From Paramoeba atlantica (taxonomy: Eukaryota > Protista > Discosea), in assembly GCA_977017575.1 (NCBI GenBank), contig CDRNVI010000137.1, positions 94,022 to 158,021 of the forward strand: DNA of 64,000 nt, in the 5' to 3' direction. Below, in pieces: positions 44,074 through 55,846 of the stretch; within the stretch, counting starts at the first letter, position 1; each line of letters begins with the position of its first letter. The notes under the pieces were generated by a model. That model made no database searches. It worked only from the letters and a program-made list of their open reading frames with translations, and was not told the DNA's origin. The translations under genes and the position numbers were made by a program.

Positions 44074-47000
44074 ATGGCTGAGAGAGGAGTCTCTAGAAAG
44101 AAACAGTTGGTGTGTAGTCATTTGGTGCAGTTTTGTGTGAGAAGGAATGAGAAAAGTTCATGTGGAGTTTTCAGTTCAAAACAAGCCAAAAGTATTCATC
44201 AACGTTTACGCCATTATTGTCCAGATGAATGTAAGAGGTGTCAAAAAGAACAAGGTTTGAATTCTTTTCCTCTTCTTCGATCTTCAGTTTCAGAGAGTAG
44301 TTGGGTGGGTGGGTTTAAAGTTTCTGTTTGTCTTTTTTCTTTTTGGTGGGTTTGAAAGTGTTGCTATTCTGAAAGAATTTGGTGTTTGGAATTAGAAAGA
44401 GCTGCTGCTGCTGTTGATCAAACTGCTGAGAGTATGATGGGTATGGGAGCAATTCCTCAAGTTTTTCCACAACAAGGACAACAGGAACAGGTCTTTTTTT
44501 TTTGCAAAGAGAAGAGTCTTTTTATTCTTCAAGTCAAGTTAAGTGATGACACTGCAAGAAAAATAATTTTTGTTTTTTAGACTAGAAGAAGAGGTGGTAC
44601 CACCTCTGCTTTTTCCACCACCACCACCACACTCCCCATTGCTGCTTCCAACAGTACCTTTACCACCACCACCACCACCGCCACTTTTACTCCTCCTGTG
44701 ACTGCTTCTTGCCATCACCGTAGTTCCTCAGATGAGAAATTCCTCCGAACCAACTGGGTGAATGAAGCTGTGGGATCACTTGGTTTTGAAAATCCAACCT
44801 CTTTCTTGGCTCAGCTTTTAAGTGATTGCAACACTTCTCAGATTGTTGAAGTCTTAGAGAAACTCTTTCAGTTGGATGATGGAAATGCAAGAAGGGGGAG
44901 GAGTGGTTTTTCTCAGAAACAACAGATTAGAAACTTTTTTGGACTCCCAAATGATGCACAAGAAGTATCAAAAAAATATCGGTGTATGAAAAAACAGGAA
45001 AAGGCAGAGTTTTTTGGAAGATTGTTTCTAAGATTGGGTCTCACTAGGTATCAGATTCGAGGTCTTAATTCTGAACTGGGTTGGGAATTTTCAGATTGTC
45101 AGTTCAAGTATTGGTTCCAAAAACTAAAAGATCAGATTCCCTTGGAAAAAACAGACCATGGTTGGAGAGTGAATGATGTTGAGGGTGAAGTGAATAGAAT
45201 GTTTGATGATGATTGGGAGGGCAACAAGTATCCTCTTTGGGATGAATATGATCGGGTGAACAACAATATGAATCACCAAGAAGAAGCAACTATTGGTGGT
45301 GTTGCTAATGCAGAGGAAAATTTAAAGCTGAAGATGATCTTTTCTGCTGATGGGGGTTCTTTTGATCGAAGGAACAAAGGAGTTGTTGTGAAATTGATAC
45401 GTGGTGATGAAGAGTGGTGGGCAAAAGGAACTCGAACTTGGAGAGCAGTCCTCAATTTAAGTTTGGGTGTCTTTGTAATGAAAGAGAGCTTTAAAACCTT
45501 TCAAGAAGAGATATCTCCGATTTATCAGATGATTTACCAGATAAGTATTTTTTTGTAATGCTTTTAATTTAATTTAATATTAATATTAATATTAATTTAA
45601 TTTAATTTAATTTTTGACTTTTTTAATTTTTTTTTTTAAAAAAAATTAATTTAATTTTTCGTTTGATATTCATTTCATTAATTTTCTTCTCTTTTTTACC
45701 TACTTTTTCTTTCCCCTCTCTCCTCTCTCTTTCTTCTCTTGGGACTCTTTTGTGATTTTTATTAAAAAAAGATTCAGTATTCAGATTTCAAGGAATGAAC
45801 AATTTCATTCACTGAAACACATGACATGTTATGCTCTTCACTTCTTTTTGGTCATGGTGGCAAATCAATATTTCATCACACATCAAAAAGGCCTTGTTGG
45901 CGTTGTAACATTGTTCGAGATAAGGATGATAGAGGGCTTTGGGATGATCATACAAAGGTTTGCAGCTTCTTCCAAATTTTATTAAAATAATTTACTCCAT
46001 AAAAATGAATAAGAAAATAAAAGAAGAAAAATTTCAAAAATAATTAAGAAAAAAAAAATAATTTCAACTAAAAAAAATAATTTTGTTTTTACTAACATCC
46101 ACCCCCCACCCATATTTTTTTGTCAGCATCACTTTTGGGATAATCAATTTGGTGGTTATAGTATCTTTGAAAGTTTTGCTGAGGCTGATGATGAACTGGC
46201 AATTAATCTTGTTGGTAACTTGGATCAAAAACATACATGGTGAACTTTAGAACAAAAAAAAAGCGATTTTCAATTGGTTCAGGGCTGGGAGGGATCCAAG
46301 AACAGTCTTGCAAAATTTATGAATCAAATGGGAATGAGAAATCCTCCAATAACTCCATCGCAACCATGGGACCACAACTTGGACTTGATCCACTTTGTTG
46401 AAGGGACTTGTAGAAATGTTGTTAAACTTTTTGTGATGGATGTTTCTCTGTGTAAGTTAAAAAAAGAATATTTTGAAAATAATACTTTTGAAAAGAATAA
46501 AATTCTCATTGAAAAAGAAAATAGATTCACCTCATGATTTAACGATTTGAATTGCTTTTTATCTCATTGGAGGAGTGAAAATTCCAGATCCATCACAAAA
46601 GGTATTCAACCTTTGGGAGAGAATCAAAAAAGTAAGACCTAGTTACGTTCAATGGATCAAGATTTTAAGGGGTTTCCCCAATAAAACTGGTTGGTTTATT
46701 CTTCTCTTCTTTCTTTGATATCTTCTTCATTTTTAAAATTTTATAAATAATTATAATAAAAAAAAAATAATATTTTTTGAAATACTTTTTTTTTTTTTTG
46801 AATATCTTAATTATTACATTCTCTCTCTTTATTTTTCTACAACTGACAATATATTTTTGTTTTCAAAAAAAATCATTTATTTTAGCCTGAAAAGGAGCTG
46901 TTGATTTTCTTTATGATGAATATCTTATTAAATTAGCTGAATGGATGGATTCAAATCTCCAAAGTGAAAAAGTCAAAAGCATTTCACATGAACAAGAGGA

Positions 47001-50000
47001 ACCAGAAGTCCTTCCTTTTTCGGCGTTTAATGCAGCTTTGTTGAATGCAAAAGGTTGATTTACTATTTCTTGTTTTTTCCAAACAAACAAAAACTCTCTT
47101 TTTTTGATCAAATAATTTTATTCAGAAAAAAAAAATTTCAAAAGTTTTTTCATGATTTTTGTTATTCAGATTTTGATTTATCGATCATCGATGTTTTAAT
47201 TGGAGATTCAGAACGAGACACATTTGAACCAGAATATGAGTTTCTAACGTTGACTTATGACATTCTCCAAATGGCTTCAGCCCCATATCAACTCTCTCAT
47301 CAGAAGATCAATATTGTTCGAAAGGCTTCCCTTCTTTGGGGAAGAAAATATAACGAATGTAATTTCTCCCCTCTTTATTGGGCTCCTTATTTACATACCC
47401 TCCATGATCACCTTCATTGGGAGTTATTGAGGTTTGTTTTTTCTTTATTATTTTTGTGGTGTTGAAATTTTTTAAAAATGATGGTTCATAATATCCATCC
47501 TTCTTTTTTGATTTTCAGTTTTTCTGCAATACAGAATAAAGTCACTCCCCTCTGACATACACAACACAGATACCCTCTTCCACGAAGAGCAGGATTTGCA
47601 ATTGAAGGAGCCATTCTTGCAGCTCGTTCTCATTGTTGGGCCCAAAAGCCATTTGGAGGTAGACATAGGCAAGGAGTGAGCAGTCAAGAGAAAGGAACTT
47701 TTTCAATCCAAATGAATGCCTTGATCAAAGGGATGATGGAGCGAAGTGAGGCATTGAGATCAGAGAAAAAACTTGAAAACAGAGCAAGCAAAATAAGTGC
47801 AAATGAACCTTCTCGACTTATTCGTGAGGTATTTTTTGTTGACCCTTTTTTCCCCCAAATTTGTTGTTTTCTGAAAATTTCAAATTATTTTTTTTTAAAA
47901 TAAAATATGAAAACTCAAAAGCAGATTTCTAATAATTCTTTCCTTCTACCAAAATCAGGGTCACTCCTCAAAACTTGTTCCCTCTGGTTCTTCAAAGCAA
48001 CCCCCCCTCCTCAAAAGAACAAAATTACCTAATTCTGTTGCCTGCAAATCAGCTTATCAGTATGCTTCTTTGTGTTGCCAGCCCCTTCAGGATACTTTGG
48101 ATCCAATAACAAATTATCAATCCTCTTCTCATCGTCACAACATCCGCTCTTTCAACCCTTCATCACACTACATGTCTTCCCAAACCACTCCAATTAACCT
48201 CTCTTCCCCTTCCCCTTCCCCTTCCCCTTCCCCTTCCTCTTCCCCTTCCCCTTCCCCTCCCCCTTTCCTTTCTTCTCTTTCTCAATCACCAGGAAAAAAT
48301 TCTCAATTTTCTTTTTCCTATTCTTCCTTTCCTCTACCATCCCAAACATCCCAAAGTAATTTCTCTTCTTCCACTCATCTCTCAGGAAGTCCCTGTTCTT
48401 CACAGTCTTCTTTTCCTTCTCTTTCTGGTTCTTGTCCTTCTCCTTCTCTTTCTCCTTCTCCTTCTCACCAACCCTATACATCTTGGCCAACCATGTGTCA
48501 ATCATCTCAATCATCCCAACAATCCTGTATGGGAAGATTTTCTCTTTCTCCTCAGCAGCCTTCTCCTTCTCCTTCTCCTCCTCTTTCTTGCCCTTCTGTT
48601 TCTCCTTTTTCTTCTTTTCCTTCTCGCCAATCCTCTCATCAACCACTGCCTTTTCCTTCTCCAACTCCTTCTTCCCAAACCACATCCCCACATCCCCATG
48701 TTTCTTTCAGGAAGTTTCCCTTTTCTTTTTCCCCGTCTTTTGCATTTGCGACTCCCTCTCCCCCCCCATCATCAACCCCCAAAATGGTGGGTAATTTCTC
48801 ATCTTCATTTACTCATTTCCCAGTTCATTCTCATCATCCTTCTTTCTCTCCAAGTTCTCGTTTTTCACACTCACCATCTTCTTCATCTCCCTTATTGCCT
48901 TTTTCTCCTCAGTCATCTTCTTCTCTTTCTTTTTCTCTTTGTTCTCCTTTCTCTTCTCCTTCTATTTCTCATTGTTCTTCTTCTTTCTCTTTTTCTCCTT
49001 CTCCTTCTCCCCCTCCACCCTCTCTTTCTTCTTTCTCTCCTTTTGCTCCTTCCACTCCTTTCTCAGGAAGTTCCAGGAACTCTTCACACTCTTCTTTTCC
49101 TTCTCTATCTTCTACTTCTCGCCCCTTCTCCTCTCCCTGTTCTTCTCCTTATTTCTCTCCTCTTCTCTCTTCTCCCTCTCCTTCATCCTCTCCCTCTTCC
49201 TCTCCCCTTCTCTCTCCCTCCCTCTCCCCCTCTTCCTCTCCCTTTTCCTCTTCCTCTCCTCTTTCCTCTCTCTCAGTGAGAAATGCTCTTAAACTCGTTG
49301 AAATAAACGAACACCAAGCATTTCTTGCTTTGGAGCAAGAATATGCGCACATGATGACAGAAATACTCCCAAAGGTTTTTGTGATTTTTTTTCTTTCTCA
49401 TTGAGAGGAATGTTTCATTTTTTCATTTTTAGATTGATGAAGAAATTGAAGCTGGCCATTGGGACCCAATGGCTCGGGTTCAATGTATTCAAAAGATCAA
49501 AAAGCTGTCTTCTGCAAAATCAAACACCATCTACAATCATCTGATTTCTAATGCTATTCTTGTGCAAAATATGTGGTTCTTAGAGTTCCCAAACTAGGAA
49601 AAGATGAAGAAAGCAAAAAAATGGTTGAAGGAGACCGAAGTACCAATGAAAGACAACCTCAAGAATGTTTTGATTCCTGGTAAATGGGTGGAGGAGGAAG
49701 TTTGTTTTTTTTTCTTTTCTTATTTTTCATTATTTTATCATTGTTTTTATCATCTCATACCCAATATTTAGGTGGTTTCTTGGTACTGTCAGAGTTTGAA
49801 ATCCCGTTTTGTAGGAGCTCTCTTGGAATCTTTTCTTTTGGATCCACAAGTAAAAACTGATCAAAAACTCTCAAATCTTAGTCAAGTATTTTTTTTTCAA
49901 AAAATTTTTTTCAGAAATTAGAAAAAAGATTGGCAGCCAGAACATTTTTTTACCTATCAGTAATTTTCATTTTTCAGGTGATGATTTGGCAAAAAACAGG

Positions 50001-50682
50001 TTTTTATTGCATTTGTAACCCAGGAAATCACTGGGTTGTGATTGATGGAAAAATCGATGAGGCAAACAGAAAGGTTGAATTAACACTGTATGACAGTCTG
50101 AAGCAACAGCAAACAAATGACAAACCTCTCCAAGGTTTTTTGTGTTTTTTTTGTTCTTCTTTCCCTTTATTCTTCCAGTTACTGAAACTTTTTTATTTTT
50201 TTTTAATATTTTCAACAAAGATATTCAAGCTCTTTTAGAAAAACATTTTCAGGAAAGGTCTGAAGATAAGTTATCATTTCAAAGAAAAATTGCAAGTAAG
50301 GGGCCTGACCAGCAACAGGTTTTTTTTCTTGACTACCTGAATATAGATGGAGAATCTCTTGATTGTTATGTTTTATTTTTCATCCAAAACTGATTTCTTT
50401 CATTTTTTCTTTCAGAATGTCACAGAGTGTGGTGTTTTGGCTTTATTTACATTCTATTGTCTTACTCAGTCATATCCTCTGACTTTTACCCTTGCTGATT
50501 GTCCTGATATTCGTGAACATATTTTCTACAGAGTTTATGAGGAACTTCTTCCAGGTCAAACAGAAAAAAGGAAAAGGATGGATGAAGAGCGATTAAATGA
50601 ACCAAGAAGTACTGGAGTTCAAAGATCGAGAAGAAGCCAGCTGGCAACAAAGAGAAGGAAAACAACAAATCCATGGATTTGA
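44074..50682 (+). pseudogene. multi-exon DDE transposase (RAG1/Transib/CMC-like CCHH core) fused via Ser/Pro linker to Ulp1/C48 cysteine protease
   Basis: Spliced by eye with GT-AG introns. N-terminal C2H2-like finger; IFSADG (D, 45349); THDML..LFGHGG..PCWRC (D, 45823); GMRNPP..LDLIHFVEG; YLHTLHDH..LLR|YPLPRRAGFAIE (E). Then CNPGNHWVVI..LYDSL and QQQ|NVTECGVL (His 50029, Cys 50428). Four in-frame TGA (45796, 46241, 46548, 46888) plus lesions near 49560-49690. Confidence 0.8.
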
Positions 50683-50969
50683 TAATAAAAAATTACATTT
50701 CTTAAGAATTGCTCTTCTTCTTATCCCTTTCAAGTATTTTTTCTTTTCTTCTTTTCTTGGGGGGGGGGGGGGGGGGGGGGGGAACCTGTAGACAATAAAA
50801 TTTTTGGATTGTCTACAAGTCAGATTTTTTTCTCTTAATAAATTTGGTCCCCCACTCAACCCTCTCAACTTAAACTTCAGTTTTTCAAGACTGTTTTTTT
50901 ATTTACTAAGTTTTATTTATTTTTTACAGCTTTTTTTTTCTCAGACTTTTTTGCTTTTTTTGGGGTTGT

Positions 50970-51833
50970 TCATGACTCCATTGTTTCTCTTACCATTTCA
51001 CGCTTTGGGATTTTGCATGCCCGCAAATAAGAACGATGGATAATGAAAAGACCAACCATTCGATCATCTTCAGAAGGGCTTGATGGATCTTCTTCACCAT
51101 AATACCCACGAGTTCTGTGACATAACTGGTCAGTATCCAAAAGGAGAACATCCCCAATTCGAAGACCAAAAGCAATATCCAAACCACCAATCTCCAGTCC
51201 ACCAACTTGATGTTTCCCAATATGGATCATAACTAAGACAGAGAGAAAATCATTTTGGTCATAATGCATTTTGGCTGATCCTGCAGGGCACATGAATAAA
51301 TGAAACATCCCAAACTGTCCCTCAACATCGATTAATCCGTGTTTTTCCAGACAATTCCAAACATCAGGATGATACTTTTCCACCAATCTGGAAAGCTGCT
51401 TCCCAATTGATGTCAGAACAGAATCGAGAACTTTTTCGACTTCGACCTCGTAGTGGCCTCCTTTTCCAGCAGGATGAAAGGTATAATGTCCTTGTTGGGT
51501 CCATCCACCACAAAACATAAAAGCTCTCTCCCCTCTTTTTTTGTCAACTGAAGAGTCCCAATGTGTCTCTTGGCATGACAGCAAAGCTACTTGGAATTGT
51601 TTCATTTCTTCCTCAGTGAAAACCGATTTGAGGTAGTGTCCACGATAGCACTCCGTAACACGAGAATTTTTTTGGCGTTGGACCTCGAGGTACACAGACT
51701 CATTAATTATGAGACAGTGCTTCGAATGTTCCCAGTTTGGTTTTGTGGTTGCTTTCAGAGTTTTGTTCACAACTCTGAGTCCACAGCCTCTCTTTCTTTT
51801 TTTCGGCTCAGGATCATCAGGGTTTGAGGCCAT
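50970..51833 (-). CDS. TET/JBP-family 2-oxoglutarate/Fe(II) dioxygenase
   Basis: Intact, intronless ORF (287 aa from ATG 51833) with NLS PKKRKR. Motifs: HYDQND (HxD), VLVMIH..GGLEI..LRIGDVLLLD..LCHRT (distal His), DDRMVGLF (2OG-binding Arg), with spacing typical of Tet_JBP. Confidence 0.82.
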   Translation of the reverse strand: MASNPDDPEPKKRKRGCGLRVVNKTLKATTKPNWEHSKHCLIINESVYLEVQRQKNSRVTECYRGHYLKSVFTEEEMKQFQVALLSCQETHWDSSVDKKRGERAFMFCGGWTQQGHYTFHPAGKGGHYEVEVEKVLDSVLTSIGKQLSRLVEKYHPDVWNCLEKHGLIDVEGQFGMFHLFMCPAGSAKMHYDQNDFLSVLVMIHIGKHQVGGLEIGGLDIAFGLRIGDVLLLDTDQLCHRTRGYYGEEDPSSPSEDDRMVGLFIIHRSYLRACKIPKREMVRETMES

Positions 51834-52329
51834 TTTACGAGGTTGTTGTTTTGTACAAAAAAGGTTCCCAGTATTAAGCGGGCGCTGGTGAATCTCTTTT
51901 ACAACTTCCACAACTCAAAAGAAACTGTTCTGAAAAGAAAAAGGAGGGGGAAAAAGAAAAAAAGAACCATGACGCAGAAAACCGTGTCGTGGAAAAAAAA
52001 TTTTTCACAAGTTTTTTTTTGATGCTCTAAAAGGAAGCTTAGCACAGAAGCTTTTTTTTAAAGAGCTTTGAAAGGGACATGATCCATCTCTTCAAGCTAG
52101 TGAAAACAAATGCACCCCATTCCTGTTTTCTCATTCCCCGAAAACGATGTCACAGAACTGGCAAGAATGGGGGCTAATTAAATCAGGGCTGTGAAAAAAA
52201 ATAATTGTTTGTCTTTCATTTCTTTCATCACCTTGAAAAAACTCCGCATTGCAGAAAGTCATTCTTGACCTTTTCAGACTTTTTGTTTCTGGAAAAGTCA
52301 ATAGCAGGCAACAGAATACTACCCTGCAA

Positions 52330-52840
52330 TGAATTTTAACCCAAAGTGATTTAGCAGCCAGGTTACATATTCACAAAGGACTTTCTCAACAATATAGATT
52401 GCTTGAGGGGGGCATTCAGACTTTTGAGAATATGAAGGAGTGCATCACAATTCACATAATCATATGCCTTGCAAAAGTCTGTTTGGAGGAGAGTCACATC
52501 TTTTCCCTCTGCCAAAGCTTTGTAAAAAGAGTTATATACTGATTCTACTGCTTCATTAATTGATCTCCTGAAAATTCATAATTTCACCTGCTTGTTGAAT
52601 TAATTTTACTCACATATCAAAGTACTTCTCTTGTGTTGCCTTATACAAAAAGAAGGGAATACCATCAGGTCCTGTGCTGGTGTTGTTGGTTCTCTGAAGT
52701 AGTTTATCAACTTTCTTCCTATCCACATCATGTTTCTCAACTGGAAGGAAATGAGGTTGGTGGTCAGCAATCAGTTCATCAAGAGAATCTTTGTTATATG
52801 GTCTTTCTGTGCTGAGAAAACCCTCTCAAAAATCCTTAAT
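52330..52840 (-). pseudogene. L1/Tx1-like RT N-terminal half
   Basis: NTSTGPDGIPFFLYK at ~52670 and DF(AK)AYDYVNCDALLHILKSL at ~52480. Collinear with the C-terminal half at 42600-42930. Confidence 0.75.
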
Positions 52841-52904
52841 TGCTTTTTTAACCACATTATCATTATGAGAGATCACCCCATCCATGATTACATGTTGTTT
52901 TTAA

Positions 52905-53200
52905 CAAAAAGATGAAGACCATCTTTGCTTCAAGTTAACAGCTCTGTCAGGTCTGTTTGAATGAGTGTATAGTGGTATGGTTCTACAAATTGACTTCTAG
53001 TTGAATGTTTGTTCAAAAAGAAACCATATTTTTTTGGAAATGAACATCATATAATTGGTTGAAGGGAGACTAGAGTGATATTTTTTCTTGAAATTGTCAA
53101 GGGAAAGTTCCATCCTCTTGAAATTCCTGAAATGGGCTTGTTCAAGTTTCAACCTCTATCAGGTTTTGGAGTGAAAACTGTTGGTTTAATGCTTTACATG
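52905..53200 (+). pseudogene. decayed internal fragment of the piggyBac-like transposase, opposite orientation to the 56-58 kb copy
   Basis: IFFLEIVKGK..PEMGLFKFQPLSGFGVKTVGLML aligns to ILFLEIVEGK..PEMGLPKFQPPSGSGAKTVGLML at ~56930-57010. Confidence 0.8.
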
Positions 53201-55846
53201 AGAGTGAGCTTAAGCTGCACTTGCAATCATAGTGTTTTTAGAATTGAAGTGACTTCAAATATTTCTTTTGAGCTTTTAAAAAAAAATCTGATGTTATATC
53301 CATATGTTCACTCTTGTGGTCTCTTTTCTGATTTGTTTGTTTTTTGGTTGAATGAAGATGGTAAAGGTTGAAGAAATGGAACAAAAAAGAAAAAGAAAAA
53401 GGAAAAAAAGTGTGTGTTTATTATTCTTTTGATGATTAAATTGTTTGATTTGAAAGAAAAGGTTATGCATAGAAGTTGAAGGTGATGATGTTGTGAAAGG
53501 GAAAAAAAGAACCTGTTTTGTCAATTGATCCAAATAGAAACTCTTTCACTAGAGACTCCCATTCCTGGATGTATTCTCAGTGATTTTGACTTGACACTGA
53601 TTGTTTGAAGAAACTCTGATTCAAGTTCTTCTTCTTCTTCTTTATTGTCTGGGTCAATGCAACCTGATGTAAGCTCATGAAGAAAACACTGATCACAGTA
53701 GTCTTCAGTGTCTTTGGCTGAACATTGGAAAACTTTTGAAAGTGAAAGGAATTGGCCAAAGACACAACACTTGGTCCTCCCTCATCTCAACTTATGGCAA
53801 CATATAGCTTTTGAAATGTTCTCAAGTAATTGCATGAACCTGGTCCAGTGGTTTGCTCAATCTGACCAAACCCCTCCACCACCCAAAAGGAAAAGAGAAG
53901 AGGAAATTGACCTCCAAGCAGCAAAGAAGCAAATGCTGACACAACTCAATGAAATGATTGAGAATTGTAAGGACCTTAATGAACTCAAAAGAAAATTGGA
54001 CAAACAAAAATGATCCAACTGTTACTGTTCATCATAAGCAAGATAACAGTTTCACTCTCATCATTGGAGATCTGGAAAGAGATTTATTTTGAAACTTTGC
54101 TCCCCTGCTCAAACCAAACAAGAATTATCAGAAAACATGAGTCAACTTGCTTCCTCAACAAACAGTCATCATTTTAGGTCTGAGGTGTTGCATGGGTCAA
54201 CTTGTTCTCCAGTGTACACTCCAAGAGCCCACATCACTCAAGGCTTCAGCATTGGCCAAAACACTGAGTATGCAATTGATAGGTCAACTTTGTATAAGAC
54301 ATTTATTAATGCATCAATGGGTCAACTTTCAATTTCAGTTTCAAACACCAGGCCACTCAAGTGGTGATGCTCTCACTGAACCTTATCTGGAATGGAGGAG
54401 GATGTTGAGTGCACACACCCATGCCAAAACCAAATGTAGGGCACAAAAGAGTCACCCAAAAGATTAATGCTTTATCTGAGCAAGACTTAGTTTGAATAAC
54501 TGATGAATAAACTCCTAAGAAGAGGGGTAAGGACAAGCAGAGATATTGGAGAGGAAACAAAGCAATAGACCTGAATTGAACAAATGGCTGATTCATTTTG
54601 TAAACAAATGAGAAATCTTCTCTTGAATGGAATATTACCAGAATCAAAAATAGAAGCAAAGAATAATCAATTTTGAATTTCCAATCCTGTGTCCACAAGT
54701 TCATCTTGCATGATCTGACATCTTTAAAGTAAATTAAAAACCAAAGGAGAAGAAGGCAAAGAAGAAAGAAGGGGTAAGACAAGAGTGGATGAGGGGCAAA
54801 ATGGGGCACACAGGAGATGGACAAAAAGCACACACATCATCAGAAGGAATGCAATATCTCAAAAGATACCCTTGATTGAAGAATCTGAGCACTTTTTGCA
54901 CCTAAAAAGCACTCTTGTACCTCATCATTATAGTCACCATGATCAAATTCATGCAACATGGTGTGGAAGACCAGCTTGTGGAATTAATGAGGGGAATAGG
55001 GAGAAATGGAGAAAGAGAATTTAGGACTTGAGAAAGAAATAAAAGAGAGAGAGAGACACATGAGAATGGAAAGGATGAGAAAGTGAAATTTGATTTAGGA
55101 GAAATCTTCAATCCTATCAACAAGAACAGAAGAAAATGATTCTCTAACACCAACTTTAGGAAATCCAAGGATCTTGAGAGGTGGACATTATCAAATAAGG
55201 AGGTTCAAGGAGATTTCAAAGAAAGTGATGAAGAAATATAAACCCAAGAGGAGCAGACTAGTAATGCCAATCAGCTCAGTTGGCCAAAAGGATGAATATT
55301 TCCCCCCTTGATAAGGGTCACTGAGATCCTTAGGGGATGCAAGGGGGGGTCTGAATATTGAGACCTTTTGTCAAGCCACCTTTTGGGCAGTTAAGAGGAA
55401 GCAGCCAAGAACCTATTTGAATGTTGAATTGGCCCAATTGGTTCAGATTGCAATCAGAAAGAAAAGAAGATGGAAGATTGAGATCAAGATAAATAAGGGG
55501 GGGGGTTTTGGAGTTGGCTTGAGAAACTCTACTCCAAAAGGGGAAGAGACCAAAACCAAGGATAATCAAGAAGGATAAACAATGGAAAAGAAGGCCAGAG
55601 AAAGTACTCAAGAAGTATGCAAAGGAACAGGACAAAGAGGAGACTTCACCAACAGCAGCATTTCCACCCTTTTTGTACCAAAGAGAAAGATTGATCTGAA
55701 ATATGTGAACCACACAGCACAAAAACTGTGAGACTCTGGGAAAAATGTTTCACCATCTTCCAAAAGAAAAGAAAAAACCAGAAAAAAAGAAAAAACCAGA
55801 AAAACCAGAAAAAAAACAAATAAAATTGTTAAACTCTCCAGAAAAT

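Larger units (their letters stand above)
43037..51991 (+). mobile_element. candidate ~9-kb DNA transposon carrying RAG1/Transib/Chapaev-like transposase-Ulp1 fusion and TET/JBP dioxygenase
   Basis: GAAA|CACGAC at 43033-43042 and GTCGTG|GAAA at 51986-51995 (4-bp TSD, CAC..GTG ends, only 6-bp TIR). CpG density rises abruptly inside. The element separates two collinear halves of one L1-type RT. Confidence 0.65.

Noticed and set aside
45796-46890. TGA reassigned to an amino acid (alternative genetic code or readthrough)
   Set aside because: TGA terminates the TET/JBP ORF and the Ulp1 exon. In-frame TGAs occur in repeats alongside frameshifts and CpG loss, so CGA>TGA decay is simpler.
44698-47830. 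Assignment of the transposase to Kyakuja-Dileera-Zisupton because of the TET and Ulp1 association
   Set aside because: I could not see KDZ-type DGNF/GE/YDxxC/HxxxHxxxC motifs. The CxxC, DxxH and YxHxxxxH..E pattern fits the RAG1/Transib/CMC group better. A profile search is needed to settle this.
48070-49404. Standalone 444-aa Ser/Pro-rich gene, or Lys/Glu-rich antisense ORFs
   Set aside because: It is in frame with the upstream transposase exon via the acceptor at ~47958 and is better explained as the linker exon.
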